Origin: Raja brachyura
Taxonomy: Eukaryota
DNA length: 64,000 nucleotides
Direction: 5' to 3'
Assembly (NCBI GenBank): GCA_963514005.1
Contig: OY740807.1
Location: 23,994,001 to 24,058,000 of the forward strand
Shown piece after piece: positions 37,776-50,339 of this stretch. Below the pieces are notes generated by a model. That model had not been told where the DNA came from and did no database searches. It saw only the letters and a program-made list of their open reading frames with translations. The translations under genes and the position numbers were made by a program. Positions within the stretch are counted from its first letter, which is position 1. Each line of letters starts with the position of its first letter.

Positions 37776-38852
37776 TCACACTTCTCACATGTTGCATGTA
37801 GCATCCATGCAGCATCCTCTGCATCATGCTCCTGTTTCTCCATTATCTCACGGCCTATCAGTGACCTCCTACCCTTGGAAGTGGGACTTGGGGAATCTCT
37901 CTGGGGTGCCGCTGCTTTGACATCAGCTTGTGCGCCGTACGTGGTGATAGAACCTGCGGCGTGTGGGGCTTCCGGGAGTGTTCGTTATCGAGCAGCTCGC
38001 GCTGCTCCGCGAGTTAACCTGACCAGAATGGATCCATCACTGAGGTTGGAACTCTTCTCTCAGCTCTGGTGAAATGCCGGCAGGAGCTCTGCTGGGTGAT
38101 ATGAGACTTGTTGCTTGAGCTGAGGATGTTACACATGTCTCAGCAAGGGAGCAGTCTTTTTTTGGCTGCTATTAACCTGTAGTTTCAGTTGGTTGATTTT
38201 CAAAGCTTTTTAATATGTTGAATGGGACCCTTACTTGAACTACAGGAAGGAATGGCTGAGTAAGAGAGTCAATGCATTCCTTCTCTCCAGAGATACTGCC
38301 TGTCCGGCTGAGTTACTCCAGCATTTTGTGTCCACCCCCAAGGTTTAGGCTTAGTTGAGGTTTCACCATGGTGGATCAATCCAGATTGAGGATGATCAAG
38401 AAGCACTTCAGTGGCACAAATGCTTCTGGCCACTTACCAGCCCTGTCTGAATTGTGCCTGGGTCGATGGTCAGTCATGACTGGAATTGGCCATTGTGCAG
38501 TCATCACTGACCATCCCCATTTTTGATGGATGGTCATTTGTTGAAACAACTAAAGATGGTTGGTCTCAGCCCTCATTCTCCTGTCTTCTCTGTGGCAATG
38601 AATTCCACAGATTCACCACCCTCTGACTAAAGAAATTCATCTTCAACTTTCTAAAGGTGCGTCTTTTAATTCTGAGGCCATACCTTCTGGTCCCAAACTC
38701 TCCCACGAATGGAAACTTCCTCTCCTGTATCCCGGTCTTTCACTATCCGGTAGGTTTCAATGAGGTCCCCCCTCATCCTAAACTCCAGCGAGTACAGGCC
38801 CAGTGCTGTCAAATGCTGGCTGTTGGGTCTGACTCCAAACATTGTAGTTACT

Positions 38853-39063
38853 GAGGGCTGCCAACTCTCACGCTTGCAGTGTGGGAATCACGCCTTGGAG
38901 TAAATTCTCATGCCCTCACGCTCATGAACGAGATCTCACGCTGAGTTCAGTCCCTGCGCCAGTTTGTCCCTTTGCGCTGCCTGCCAACGATCTGTGCGGT
39001 CTGGGGAAGCGCGTCGGTTGACGGCTGTGAGTAACGTTGCATCTCTTCTCTTCTCTTTTGTCG
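38853..39063 (+). mobile_element. hAT-like left end, copy 2
   Basis: Direct-orientation near-duplicate of 37561-37775. Confidence 0.6.
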
Positions 39064-39802
39064 AATGTGCAGCTGCCGACAACAACAACCAGGTGAAGCA
39101 GTTGTCAAACATTTGGGGGGGGGGGGGGGGTCGACGACAACCACAATGAGGCCAAACATCTAGGACAGGGTTCAGACTACGGGCACACGACCCGTAACCC
39201 GATGAACCGCGTATTTATTTTCAAATTGTTTTCGCGGGGTTGGGACAGGCGTGCCGACCTGAGAACTGTGGCCAGTCCCTGGGACATGAGCTGACCTGGG
39301 AACGGCAGCCAGTCCCTGGGCACACAGAATGTCAACTTGATCAGTATGGACAAATTGGGCCAGCCATGTACATGTTGTATAACTGACTCTATGCAGATCT
39401 GAATGGGCTTAGAATTACCATTGAGAAAAGTTGCCCTCACTTTCCCCATTTTGATTCTTGAGATTAATATCCCTTTGCTCTGTTAACAACGTTAAAGTAT
39501 TTATGAGGTAGAGTCAGGAAAGGGAACATGTTATTTTTTTTTAAGTTTGCTTTAATTTGTTAGTTGATTTTTTGTTGACTGCCATAATTTCTGAAATAGT
39601 CTTAAAGTAACAACTGTTATAAAGCAATAATAAGTGATTTGTGTCCAAACAATTGGAACTTGCATAAAATGTTTGAATTATTAGCAGGGCTGCCAACTCT
39701 CACGCATTGAGCGTGAGACTCGCGCATTTCACAAAATTCTCATGTTCTCACGCTGATCACAAAATTATAAAATGAGAATTAGACCTGTTTTTAACAAATA
39801 GT

Positions 39803-39926
39803 GTAGGAAGGAATTGCAGATGCTGGTTTAAACTGAAGATAGATACTAAAAACTAGAAAAACTCAGCAGGACAGGCAGCATCTCTGGAGAGAAAGAATAG
39901 GTGATGTTTCGAGTCGAGACCTTCAG
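39803..39926 (-). mobile_element. Penelope-derived short element
   Basis: GTAGGAAGGAATTGCAGATGCTGG...GGTGATGTTTCGAGTCGAGACC. Confidence 0.75.
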
Positions 39927-40066
39927 CCTGAAGACGTTGAAAACCAGCCATAAAACACAATGACTGGACATGTGTGTTATCCAACTAAGGGCAGAAATCA
40001 GAATCATGTGTTCATCTTTATTCACGTGACACCATAATAAATATATTACAGAAAAAATAATTTAAT

Positions 40067-40290
40067 GGGGTGGCACAGTGGTGCAGCGGTAGAGTTGCTG
40101 CCTTACTACCTCATGGGTTTTCTCTGGATATTCCGGTTTCTCTGGATATTCCGGTTTCTCCCATATCCGAAAGAAGTGCAGGTTTGTACATTAATTGGCT
40201 TCTGTAAATTGTCCCTGGCGTGATGGATGGAATTGGTGTATGATAGATTGCTGGTCGGTGTGGACCTGGTGGGCGGAAGGGCCTGTTTCA
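40067..40290 (+). mobile_element. HE1 tRNA-derived SINE (elasmobranch), internally deleted, with an 18-bp tandem duplication
   Basis: GGGGTGGCACAGTGGTGCAGCGGTAGAGTTGCTGCC (A-box head); V-like domain GGGTTTTCTC...CCGGTTTC; CR1-like tail GGTGGGCGGAAGGGCCTGTTTC. Confidence 0.85.
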
Positions 40291-40395
40291 ATATATATTT
40301 TTGTATATATATCTTAATTTAATTGAATCATATATGATTGAATATGTGGCATTATTTTCGTCTTGTTTCTATATTCAAAGGGTAAGGTTGAATCC

Positions 40396-40526
40396 GTCTG
40401 AAGAAGGGTTTCGGCCCAAAACGTTGCCCATTTCCTTCGCTCCATAGATGCTGCCACACCCGCTGAGTTTCTCCAGCAATTTTGTCTACCTTCGATTTTC
40501 CAACATCTGCAATTCTTTCTTGAACA
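40396..40526 (+). mobile_element. Penelope-derived short element, hammerhead core with GAAA mutated to AAAA
   Basis: GTCTGAAGAAGGGTTTCGGCCCAAAACGTTGCCC followed by the family tail. Confidence 0.8.
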
Positions 40527-40828
40527 AGATTGATTGATTTATTTGTGCAGAACAGTGATGGAAGTCTGACTTTTGCTTATTTTCTCTGAGTTTTTTCTCT
40601 ATATATATATATATATATATGCATAACAGCATGAATATAATCTGATTTCATTCATGTGCTGCAGCTATTGAGCAGAGCCTGGCTCTATTGTGGAATGTAA
40701 TTTAGCCTAACCTTATTCATACCCAATCCAATTTAAAGCATAAATGCTGCATCCAAGTGTAAGTTAAAAGACTCGCTACAGTATGCACCAGATTGCACAA
40801 TTTCAAGCTGAAAAATGTAAAAGCTCCA

Positions 40829-41209
40829 CACCATCGAGGGGATCTATCGCAGTCGCTGCCTCAAAAAGGCTGCCAACATCATCAGGACTCACACCATCCT
40901 GGCCACACACTCATCTCTCCGCTGCCACCAGGTTGAAGGTACAGGAGCCTGGAATCTGCAACATCCAGGTTCAGGAACAGCTACTTCCCCACAGCCATCA
41001 GGCTATTAAACACAACGTCAAACAAACTCTGAACTATAACTACTTTATCTGTTTATTTATGTGTAATATATATATATATTACTATGGTATATGGACACAC
41101 TGAACTGTTCTGTATTTATGACAACAATATTCTGTTGTGCTGCAGCAAGCAAGAATTTCATTGGCCAATCTGGGACACATGACAATAAACTCTCTTGACG
41201 TGACTTGAC
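40829..41209 (+). mobile_element. Rex1/Babar LINE 3' end
   Basis: Encodes RCLKKAANII...HPGHTL...RFRNSYFPTAIRLL remnants; AATAAA and (CTTGA)n tail. Confidence 0.85.
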
Positions 41210-41998
41210 CTGGGAATGAGCAAGTTGATCCCAACCGTCCCTTTACTAATATGGAAAATGGGTGGCTCTTTATCTTGTGTAGTACAAGTTGAATTAATAA
41301 TATAATCCCCTTAAAAGGATAACTCCACTAAATAATGAAGTCATTCTTAAGTATTTCTGTGGGGATTTGCAACTTTGTCTTGATTTTTTTTTTAACACAA
41401 GTACTCTTTTAAGTTTGATGAGGCATAAATCCTACACTGCTCAATCATTCTAATGTGTAAATCTCTGTCTGTCAGAGGTCAACTGAGACTTGTTTCAGGG
41501 TTAAATGCCATGCTTGAATACTGAAACTCAAAACTACTTGCAGATAACTTATTTTGTTCATTTATTTAAAAATCTTGACAATACATCATTTGTGGAATTT
41601 AACACATTTTCCTTGCAATTATTGTGCCTCCACTAATTACTTTGAAACTTCATTGGGAAAAATTTAACTTGTATTTGAAGAATCTTTTGACAGAACCCTG
41701 AACTTAGACTCATTTCAAGCTTTGTGTCTTAAGAATGAGGTAACATTGCAGATTTGTCTTTTTAATGGTGTTGCAAAGTCACAATTTCAGTTATCATTTA
41801 TGTTGAATAAACTGATGTAAATTAGAACATGGAAGGAATGTGGCAGAACGGCTTTAATGTTTTCGATAATTCCATTTGATTAGGGTTGAGGCATTTACTC
41901 TGTGATTCCTGCTGGAAACTCCAGCTATGTTCATGGATTCAATCCTAGTTATGACTTCAGTTTTGATATTGTCTATACCTGAAGCCCATTGACTCTTG

Positions 41999-42080
41999 CA
42001 GTCAGGATGAAGGGCCTCTACCCAAAACTTCGACTGTTCATTTCCCTCCACAAATGGTGCCTAAGTTCCACCAGCAGCTT
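41999..42080 (+). mobile_element. Older Penelope terminal-repeat subfamily retaining hammerhead helix I
   Basis: CAGTC-[AGGATGA]-AGGGCCTCTACCC-[AAAAC]-TTC-GACTG: a 5-bp helix I (CAGTC/GACTG) brackets a decayed core. Confidence 0.55.
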
Positions 42081-42379
42081 TGCTGTCCAATCTGAAGAAT
42101 GAAAATTAGCTCTTTGAACTCCGAGCAAGATGCTGTAGAGCTAAACCATAAAAATAAGTAACAGCTGATGATTTGAGCAAAGAGCATTGTTCTTTACAGA
42201 TCACTTTTAAAGAATTAAACTCATATTGGAGATGCAAGTAATTTAGATTTTTCTGATCTTCAAATTCAGTTTACATTATTTTCTCTTTTTAATTTCCATT
42301 TTGAAAATAACTTGCATCCTTTCCCTTTCATGCTTCATATGTGGAGTTGGTTTTGAAACTCCGAGTCTTGTGGAATGTT

Positions 42380-42830
42380 CAGAGAGGAAGCGTAAGGCAC
42401 AGGAAGAGCATGAGAAAAGACTGGCAGCAAACATGAAAGAGAGTCAAAAAATATTCTGCTGGCATGTAAACAGGAAAAGTGTTGCAAAAGGAGAGATGGG
42501 GGGGGATCAAAGACCAAAAAGGAAATTTACTCATGGAGTCACAGGTCATTACTGAGTTATTAAGTAAATACTTTACGTCAATTTTCACCAATGAACAAGG
42601 CGTTACTGGAATCCTGGCAAAAGATAATGTGGTTGAGTCTCTGCAGGGAGCATGATGTCTGAGGGTGTGAAACTGCAAAAGGTACACCTTTATTCAAAAA
42701 AGAGTGTAGGAGTAAAATCAATAACTGGATACCAATCTGTTTAACCTCGGTACGAAAGCCCTACAAATTCTTATCAAAATAGGATTAGAATTTACTTTAT
42801 TGATGAGAGAAACCACGTTTGACTTGAGTA
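42380..42830 (+). mobile_element. CR1 LINE internal fragment
   Basis: EHEKRLAANMKESQKIFCWHVNRK, plus LLSKYFTSIFT and NWIPICLTS (cf. NYRPVSLTS) remnants. Confidence 0.65.
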
Positions 42831-44954
42831 AATATTTTGTGGGTGAGAGTGTTGATCCGGAAATATTAGGAAAGACAAATAATAGCGTGGTCAAAGTCAG
42901 CGTGCAAAAGAAGTGTTTTTTAAATAGGAAAGAAAGATAGAAAGGCAGAGGAGTTTATAGTGGAATGCGTGATGTTGCAGCTACCGATTTAGTGTGGATG
43001 GCAGGGATGTTGGAGGTAGTTATGCATAGAGAAATGCAGGATGGAAACAGGCCCTTTGACCCATCGAATCTATGCTAAATGTCAAACACCCATTGACACT
43101 AATCTTTCCCTAACCCATTTTATTCACCAACATTTCCATCACTTCACAGCCCCACCTTAATCTGGGTTATAAGGATTCAGTGTTGACATATTTGCTGGCA
43201 GCTGGGTATGAAACCCTCAGCATTTCACTGTCAATTAATAGGACCCTTAGCTTGCTGGCCATTTTCATTGGGCTTTGTTGATTGTGGTAGAGAAGGGCAC
43301 AAAATTTGAACTTGTTGCACGTCCTCGGAATTTAAGTCACGTCAAAGTTATTGTCATGCGCATAAATAAAGTGCGGTACAGGCACAATGAAAATCTGACT
43401 TGTAGCAGAATCGCAGGCAAAGACTCAGACAAACTCAAAAACACATACATAAATTGCACATGGCATTTCTGAAAGTAAGAGGATCGTAGAATATCAAGAC
43501 ATTAGTATCAGACACAATTAGAAAAAAAATCCACGGTAGTATGCAAGGGATCAAAAATTTGAAGCTGCAAATGCTCTCCATTATCAACTCACTGATGAAA
43601 ACCTGGGCATTGGTCTCCGAATATTTCCTTATATGGTTTTATTGACTTTGAGAGGTTGTTCTGATGGCACCATTCGAGCAGTGTTCTACTTCTCTCTTGC
43701 ACGCTGACTTGCAAACACCTATAATTCGGCCAACCTGAGCTGAGGAATTTATAGATGGCGCCGGAGCTGAGCTTAGTCACACCATTATGGGTGTAAAGGG
43801 TTAAGTAGGAGATTCTGGTGATTCATTGGTGCCAGGTTATACTTGGTGAATCTATTAAGAGGAACAGCTATAAAGGACAAAGGTCCATAAAACAGTAGAG
43901 AACAGGCCCTTTGACCCACAATGCTTATTGCGAACACGGTGCCAAGTTTATCGGATCTCACCTGCCTGTATATGATCCATATCCCTCTATTCCTTGAACT
44001 TCCATATGCTTATCAAAAAGTGTCTTAAACACCACTATTGTACCTACCATTCCCCCCCCCCCCCCCCCCCCCCCACCACCAGCAATGTGTTCCAGGCCCC
44101 ACTGTTCTGTGTGTAAACAAAAAATGTCCTGTTACATCTCTATTAAAGATTTTCCCTCGCACTTTGTAGCTATGCACTCTAGTGTTAGCCATTTCCACTC
44201 TGGTAAAAAGGTACTGACTGTTTACCCTATATAAGCTTTCATAATTTTATATACTTCATATGTACAAGTCTCCCCTCAACCCCCAACCTCCCTGTGTGTA
44301 ATTATATTTTGATTCTCCAAGTTAAAATAGGGAGGAAGCTAAGCAATTTCACATTTCTACTCTTGCTTCTATGATGACCGCACATTCGAATAACGTGAAA
44401 GAACTGGCACCAACAGTGGGCTACACCTTTTGGACTTAAATGTAATGCAGGGAACCGCAGATATTCAAAATGTGGGCCGATCTTACAGCATTTTAAACCT
44501 AGGTCTGGTAGAAAGTTTGGCATAATTACAAGGATCTTGAGTTCCATGGGGCTTGTGATCTTAATTATGATGCACTGAAATAGTCTTATATTATGAGATT
44601 ATGAACTGCTCTAGAGGAGCCGTAAATGGCATCAGGTGAAAAGTCTTCAATCTAAATAATCATTAATGCTCCTTTTACTGAATGTTCATTCCATGGGAAG
44701 CTTCTGATTCTTTTCCTGTAACAACTCAGCACTTCTGACTGTTGATAAAATATCTTGAAATAATTGCAACTTTTGCAAATTTGACATAAATACAGGAAAT
44801 TCAGGAAATAACTAGAAAAAGAATTCTACATGTTTTACAAAATCAGCTTGTACTCACATGGCACCATTAACACAGACTGTCTCACAAACGTAATATCAAA
44901 GGAGATTTAGAGAGAGTGTTCCTGGCTCCGAGCCCAGGCAGCGGACAGTGCCAG

Positions 44955-46750
44955 AGTCAAGTCAAGTCGAGTTCATTGTCATATGCACAAGGATAGTGGG
45001 ACACAAACGCAATGAAAAGCTTGCTTGCAGCAGCATCACAGGGATATAAACTCATGCAACACAAAGAACATAAATTATACATAAAACCATACATAAATTA
45101 TACATGACAGTGAAAAGAAAAAGACTGTGCACCTGGAGATTTATTAATAATATGGACCTGCTGAATTTCCTTAAACATTAGAGGTGCTGCCTTCTTGATG
45201 ATTATCAAATCATGCCTTCTTCATTATTACATCCATGTGCTGGGCCCAGGACAAGCCATCTAAGATGTTAAACCCTAGGAATTTTAAGTGAACACCAATG
45301 AATCACCAATGAACACTGGCATATGATCTCCCAACTTCTGCTTTCTGAAATCAACGATTAGTTCCTTAGTATTGTTGATGTTGATCAAGAGGTGAGTGTT
45401 GTGGTACCACTCAAGTTGGTGTTCTATTTTCCTGCTGTATGCTGACTCATCACCAACCATGATTTGACCAACAATAGCGGTGTCGGCAGCAAAATTATCG
45501 ATAGCATTAGAGTTGTGCTTCGGCACATGGTTGTGGATGTGAAGAGCAAAGAGCAGGGAGCTAAGCATGCTGCCTTGAGATGGACATGTGTTGCCGGTCA
45601 GTGAGGTTACTGATCTGCACTGATTGAGGTCTGTCGATGGGAAAGTCAAGGATCCAGTTGCAAAAGGACATACAAAAGCCTAGGTCTTGGTACTTGATGT
45701 TGAGTTTGGAGGAAATGATTGTGCTGAATACCGAGCTCACAGCAGTGTGCTTGCATCTGCAGATGCTTTATTGTGGCAATGAACAAAATGAAGTAGATCC
45801 AGTCATTTCTGAGGCAGAAGTCGATTTCAACAATTACCGCCAGGGGCGCCGGGGCGATGGTTGCCCTGCCGGCAGTCTGTTCGTTTTTTCATTATTTAAG
45901 TTATTTTTTTAGTGTGTTAAGAGTTTGTTTTAATGTTCTTCGGTTTGTTTTATGTGGGGGGAGGGGGGGAAGGGTTCGGGGGGAAACTTTTTTTCAAGTT
46001 CTTACCTTGCCGGAGATGTGATTAATTTTCGGATCACATTCTCCAGCGGGCTCTGCGGAGCTGGAAGCCTCCTCGGACTGACTTTGAGCCCTATCGCAGG
46101 GTGCGGACTCAATATCGGAGCTGATCCCTTGCCTGGGATCGCGACCACCGCGGACTTATCATCAAAAGTGGAAGATTCGACCAGCCTCGATGCGAGGTTC
46201 GATCGCCCGGCACGGGGGAGCTGACATCCCCCCCCACGCGGGAGCTGATTGCCTCGAAGCGGAGGGGCAAAACGCTGCCTGCTACGGGAGTCAAGATCAT
46301 CCCGTCAACAGCAGCTCGAGGCCCACAGCTGAGGAAGAACTAAGGGAAGGACTTGAACTTTATTTCGCCCAGCATCACAGTGAGGAATGTGTAGGAATCG
46401 CTGTGGTGGATGTTCATATTAAAATGTGTTTTTGAGTGATCTGTTGCTTTTAATTGTATGACTGCCCTGGCCAATGAAATTCCTCGTATGTTACAAAACA
46501 TACTTGCCGAATAAAGTATGATTCTGATGACAAGTTTACCATGAAGCGGATGCCACCTCCATCTTTTCCTGATATCGCCGTCCAGTCCATGCAGACGGAT
46601 GGAAAAACCCTTGAGCTGGAGTGCCATGTCTGGAGAGTTGGATATGAGCAACGTCTCTGTGAAACAGTACACGGCAGTCCCTCATGTCTCTCTGATCTGG
46701 CAGACTTGCTCTTCTATCTTGTTCATTGGCCAGTTGTTAGCTGGAAGAGG
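44955..46750 (-). mobile_element. Decayed Rex1/Babar LINE with a GC-rich repeat nested at ~45835-46528
   Basis: (CTTGA)n tail at 44955; SQGSMLSSLLF...NFAADTAIVG (RT); YCFTETLL...PDMALQLKGF (APE N-terminus) at 46540-46672; a similar older piece lies near 43325-43800. Confidence 0.72.
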
Positions 46751-47384
46751 TGGGGTGTGATGAGGGTCGCATGCCCTGATGCTTTAGTCTTACCTGAAGG
46801 CCTCCCTGGTGACCACATTTTATAGCTCCATGGATGCTTCCAAGTACTGTGCTCATGTTCCATGAGGTGAGTGGTGGCGGTCGAATATGTCAGATTCATC
46901 AGGTGATCATAAGAACACTAGTAGCATTTAAATGACTTATAACCCTGTTTCTTGCTGCTGTAGATCTGGCTGCCTCCCAGTCAGCACGTCACTGGGATGT
47001 GGTTAGAAGCCAGAGTTCCCCAGGGAACCTGTGGTCACAGGGTAAATTCACAAACTCCAGCTTCTTTGGTCACACAGGATGCAAACATTCTAGCTCCCAT
47101 TACCATACTCCAAACAGAAATATTTCCTGATGTAATCTTCATTCCCCTTCTCTGCAGAATGACTCTGAGATCAATTGAAGCACCTCAAATGACCTGGCTG
47201 ATATTGGCTCACTCAACTCAGTCTCAAAGAACATGCGATTTCTCGTGAATCAATGAAAGTACTGATAAGCTTTTGAAAAGCAGCTGCTAAAGCACATGAA
47301 CATTCAAATTGTATCAAAACTATTTTTTGTGCTTGCAACATTAGCCCGAGTCTAATTTGGTTGCTTATATTTTTAACCCCACAG

Positions 47385-47465
47385 GGTCATTTAAGTGAAG
47401 GTTATGGGAAACTGAGCTGCACCTACCTCAAGCTACTAATAACAAAGATGGAATTCCACAGTAAG
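47385..47465 (+). CDS. HIP1: HIP1 coding exon (likely exon 5): GHLSEGYGKLSCTYLKLLITKMEFHSK
   Basis: CAG acceptor and GTAAGT donor at 47466; 81 nt; matches HIP1 GHLSEGYGQLCSIYLKLLRTKMEYHTK. Confidence 0.95.
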
Positions 47466-47842
47466 GTAAGTAACCTCTCTGGCTTTATTTCCTTATTCAT
47501 GGCGGGATTCTTTCAATCTATTGAAAGAGATAAGGTTAGTTGAAAGAGGAACCCCCTGCAGTAACAAAACCAAAGAAGACCTTGATTCCCAAAAGTGATT
47601 GAGCAGAATCTAAATCAGTTGAGACAGGAGGAGACCAGCCTTTTGCTCTTGACAATGAACAAGGGGTTTTGCTTGACCAGGGGGTTGCAGATTAAAAATC
47701 TCATGCATTATGTAGAACTTCTACTGCATTTCATGCCAGAAAGATTTAAATCCAATAGGTAGTTACTGTTATATTACCCGATATGGAAAGTACTACCTTT
47801 GCATATCTGTTGTGCTGCTGCAAGTAAGAATGATTCCAGTAA

Positions 47843-48567
47843 TGGACCTGTCCCACTTAGGCGATTTTTTAGGCGACTACAGGAGACTATGCGGTCGCCG
47901 GGGAGTCACATTCATGGTCGTGAGTAGTGCCCTCAGACTCGCAACCAGTTGTAATGGCATTCTAGTCGCCGCTCATTTTTCAACGCGTTTCAAAATTAGC
48001 GGCGACCAGAATTTTGTCGCCATGGAGAGTAGCGGGAATTCTCATGACGAAGGTGCAGTGGTAGTGGGTCGCCAGGAAGTCGTGGGTTGTCGCTGTTGCT
48101 GACCGGTGAATTTAATTGGCTCATTGGGGGGAAAAAAAAACGTAAACAGTAGTTTTCAGAACCAAGGATAAACGGATGGTAATGTTAATGTCCGCCGAGC
48201 TTCACAACCGTGTATCTCTGGCTTCTTAAAAGTTGTCTCCACTCCTTCTCCCCCCCCCCCCCCCTCGCCTGCCCTCTCCCCCCCCCCCCCCACTTTTAAA
48301 GGACTTAAGTGACTCTTCCCGCACACTCTGCGTGCACCTTCTTAATTACAGCGCTATCCTTCCTGTTCATCGTGGAGTGCGTCTGTATCGCATTGGCTTT
48401 GCACCATGTGAATTTCACTCGGACAACGCTCCCCCCATTTGCCCTGTCCCCTGCCTGCATAACTGGCAGGTGAAGGAAGCGATGTGTTTGTGTGTTCCAC
48501 TCTGACAGTCGCCGATTTTTCAGCGACCTGCAGTTGCCTGAAAGATCGCCTAAGTAGGACAGGCCCA
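47843..48567. mobile_element. PIF/Harbinger-type MITE inserted in a Rex tail
   Basis: TIR TGG(A)CCTGTCCCACTTAGGCGAT / ATCGCCTAAGTAGGACAGGCCCA; TAA TSD on both sides. Confidence 0.85.
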
Positions 48568-49254
48568 TAAAGCACTATTGACTCCCTTGACTCGTGACAT
48601 AATTGAATACAGCAGGTCCCTGTACTCACTAGTAATAATTGTCCGATTTTGTATTTGTGGTATTGTGTGCAATGTAATGTTTTGCAGTAGAACTTATTTT
48701 CCTTCCATAGTGCCTTGTGATATTTAATGTTGTATGTGAAGAGGTGGCTGTGATCTGGGTTCTAAACCTCATGTTGAGGTTGACAGCTGAGAGATTGCGA
48801 TTCTGCATCTCATTGCAGCAGATGCAGTAGGTGAGCTTGGCCAGTGGACCTGAGGTGGTGGCATGATCCGTGAGGAGTGGCAACAACCACAGTAGGATGG
48901 TGCTGAAAATGGGTGCTCCAGGGTTCATTTTAAAGAATTGACGATGCTGGAGCAGCGAACCGTGTGTGCTGGTGGGTTCAGGTTAGATAGCCATACTCTA
49001 ATTCAGAGAGCATATCTGTATCTAAAACATGTTGTTGTCTGCATGAAATGAAACAAATTAATCATCAGGAACGTAATACCAAAATAGCATTTGTATACAA
49101 CATTTGATAAGTTGCATTGTATATTTTTCCACTCCAGTCCTCAAAGTGGTTATCTGTAACAGTGGCATGGTTCAGCAAGTATCATGAAGCACATGAGACC
49201 TTGTGTTAGTGATATTTCTATGTGAGCGAGTCAAGGCAGTTTAATTAGAAAGGA

Positions 49255-50170
49255 ATGAGGACAAAACATCCTCTACGATAATGCACAACACTGGTGCCCC
49301 GCAAGGCTGCTCCCTCAGCTCTTACCATATTCCCTACAATTTTGTGACTGTGGCTACATTTTGCTCAAATTCCATTTGCATGTTTGTAAATTACACCACT
49401 TTAGAGGGCTGTATCTCAAACAATGATGAGATGGAGTACAGGAAGGAGATAGAGTGCTTAGTAGCATGGTGTCAAGATGACAACTTCTCATTCGATGCCA
49501 GTAAAAGGATAGTGCTGGTTATTGACTTCGGGACGTAGGGTGGAGTACAACCCCCATCTGTATCAATGGCACCAAAGTAAATATGGGTGAAAGCTTTGAG
49601 TTCCGAGTCCAACACATTGATGCTATGGGCTAGAGAGCAAATCAACACCTATGTCTTTGGAAGACTAAGGAAATTTGGCATTTTTCTAATAATTCTGACC
49701 AATTTCCGTAGATGCACAATAGAACACATCCTATCTGGATACACCACAGCCTGGAATAACAACTGCTCTGCCCAAGACCACAAGAAATTGCAGAGAGATG
49801 TGAGTGTAGCCCACCCTCCCTCCCCAAGCCCATCAACTCCATCAACACTTACCACTGCATTGGGAAAGTTGAAAACATAATCAAGGACCACTCACACCCA
49901 AGTCATTATTTCTTCTACCCTCTCCCGTCGGGCAGAAGAAATAAGCTTGAAAGCACATTTCACCAGAATCAGGAACAGCATCTTTCTTGCTGTTATCAGA
50001 CTCTTCTACGTATCTCTTACATTCTGAGGCTGAATTCCCAATCTCCTAATCTACCTCGTTTTGGCCATTGCACTTGTCATTACTTGTACTTTCTCTGTAG
50101 CTACATCACTATATTCTGCATTTTGTTTCCTTTCTCTTTTGCACTACCCATTGTATTCATGTATAATATG
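49255..50170 (+). mobile_element. Older Rex1/Babar LINE 3' half
   Basis: NTGAPQGCSLS, NNDEMEYRKEIECLVAWCQD, RLRKFG, RCTIEHILSG. Confidence 0.8.
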
Positions 50171-50339
50171 AACCTTGTAGCTCTAGTTTCAAAGTGGTTA
50201 TATTTCTTTATAGTTGAAAGCAGTATCTATGGGCAAAATATCTATTTAACAAAATAATAGTCATGAGACCCGTGAGCTGAGTTATGCCTAATCTCCTAAA
50301 CATTTGAGCGTGATTTTAATGGCTGTTATTTTCTTGACG

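Noticed and set aside
40067-40110. tRNA gene
   Set aside because: tRNA-derived head of an HE1 SINE; the B-box region is deleted and no cloverleaf can form
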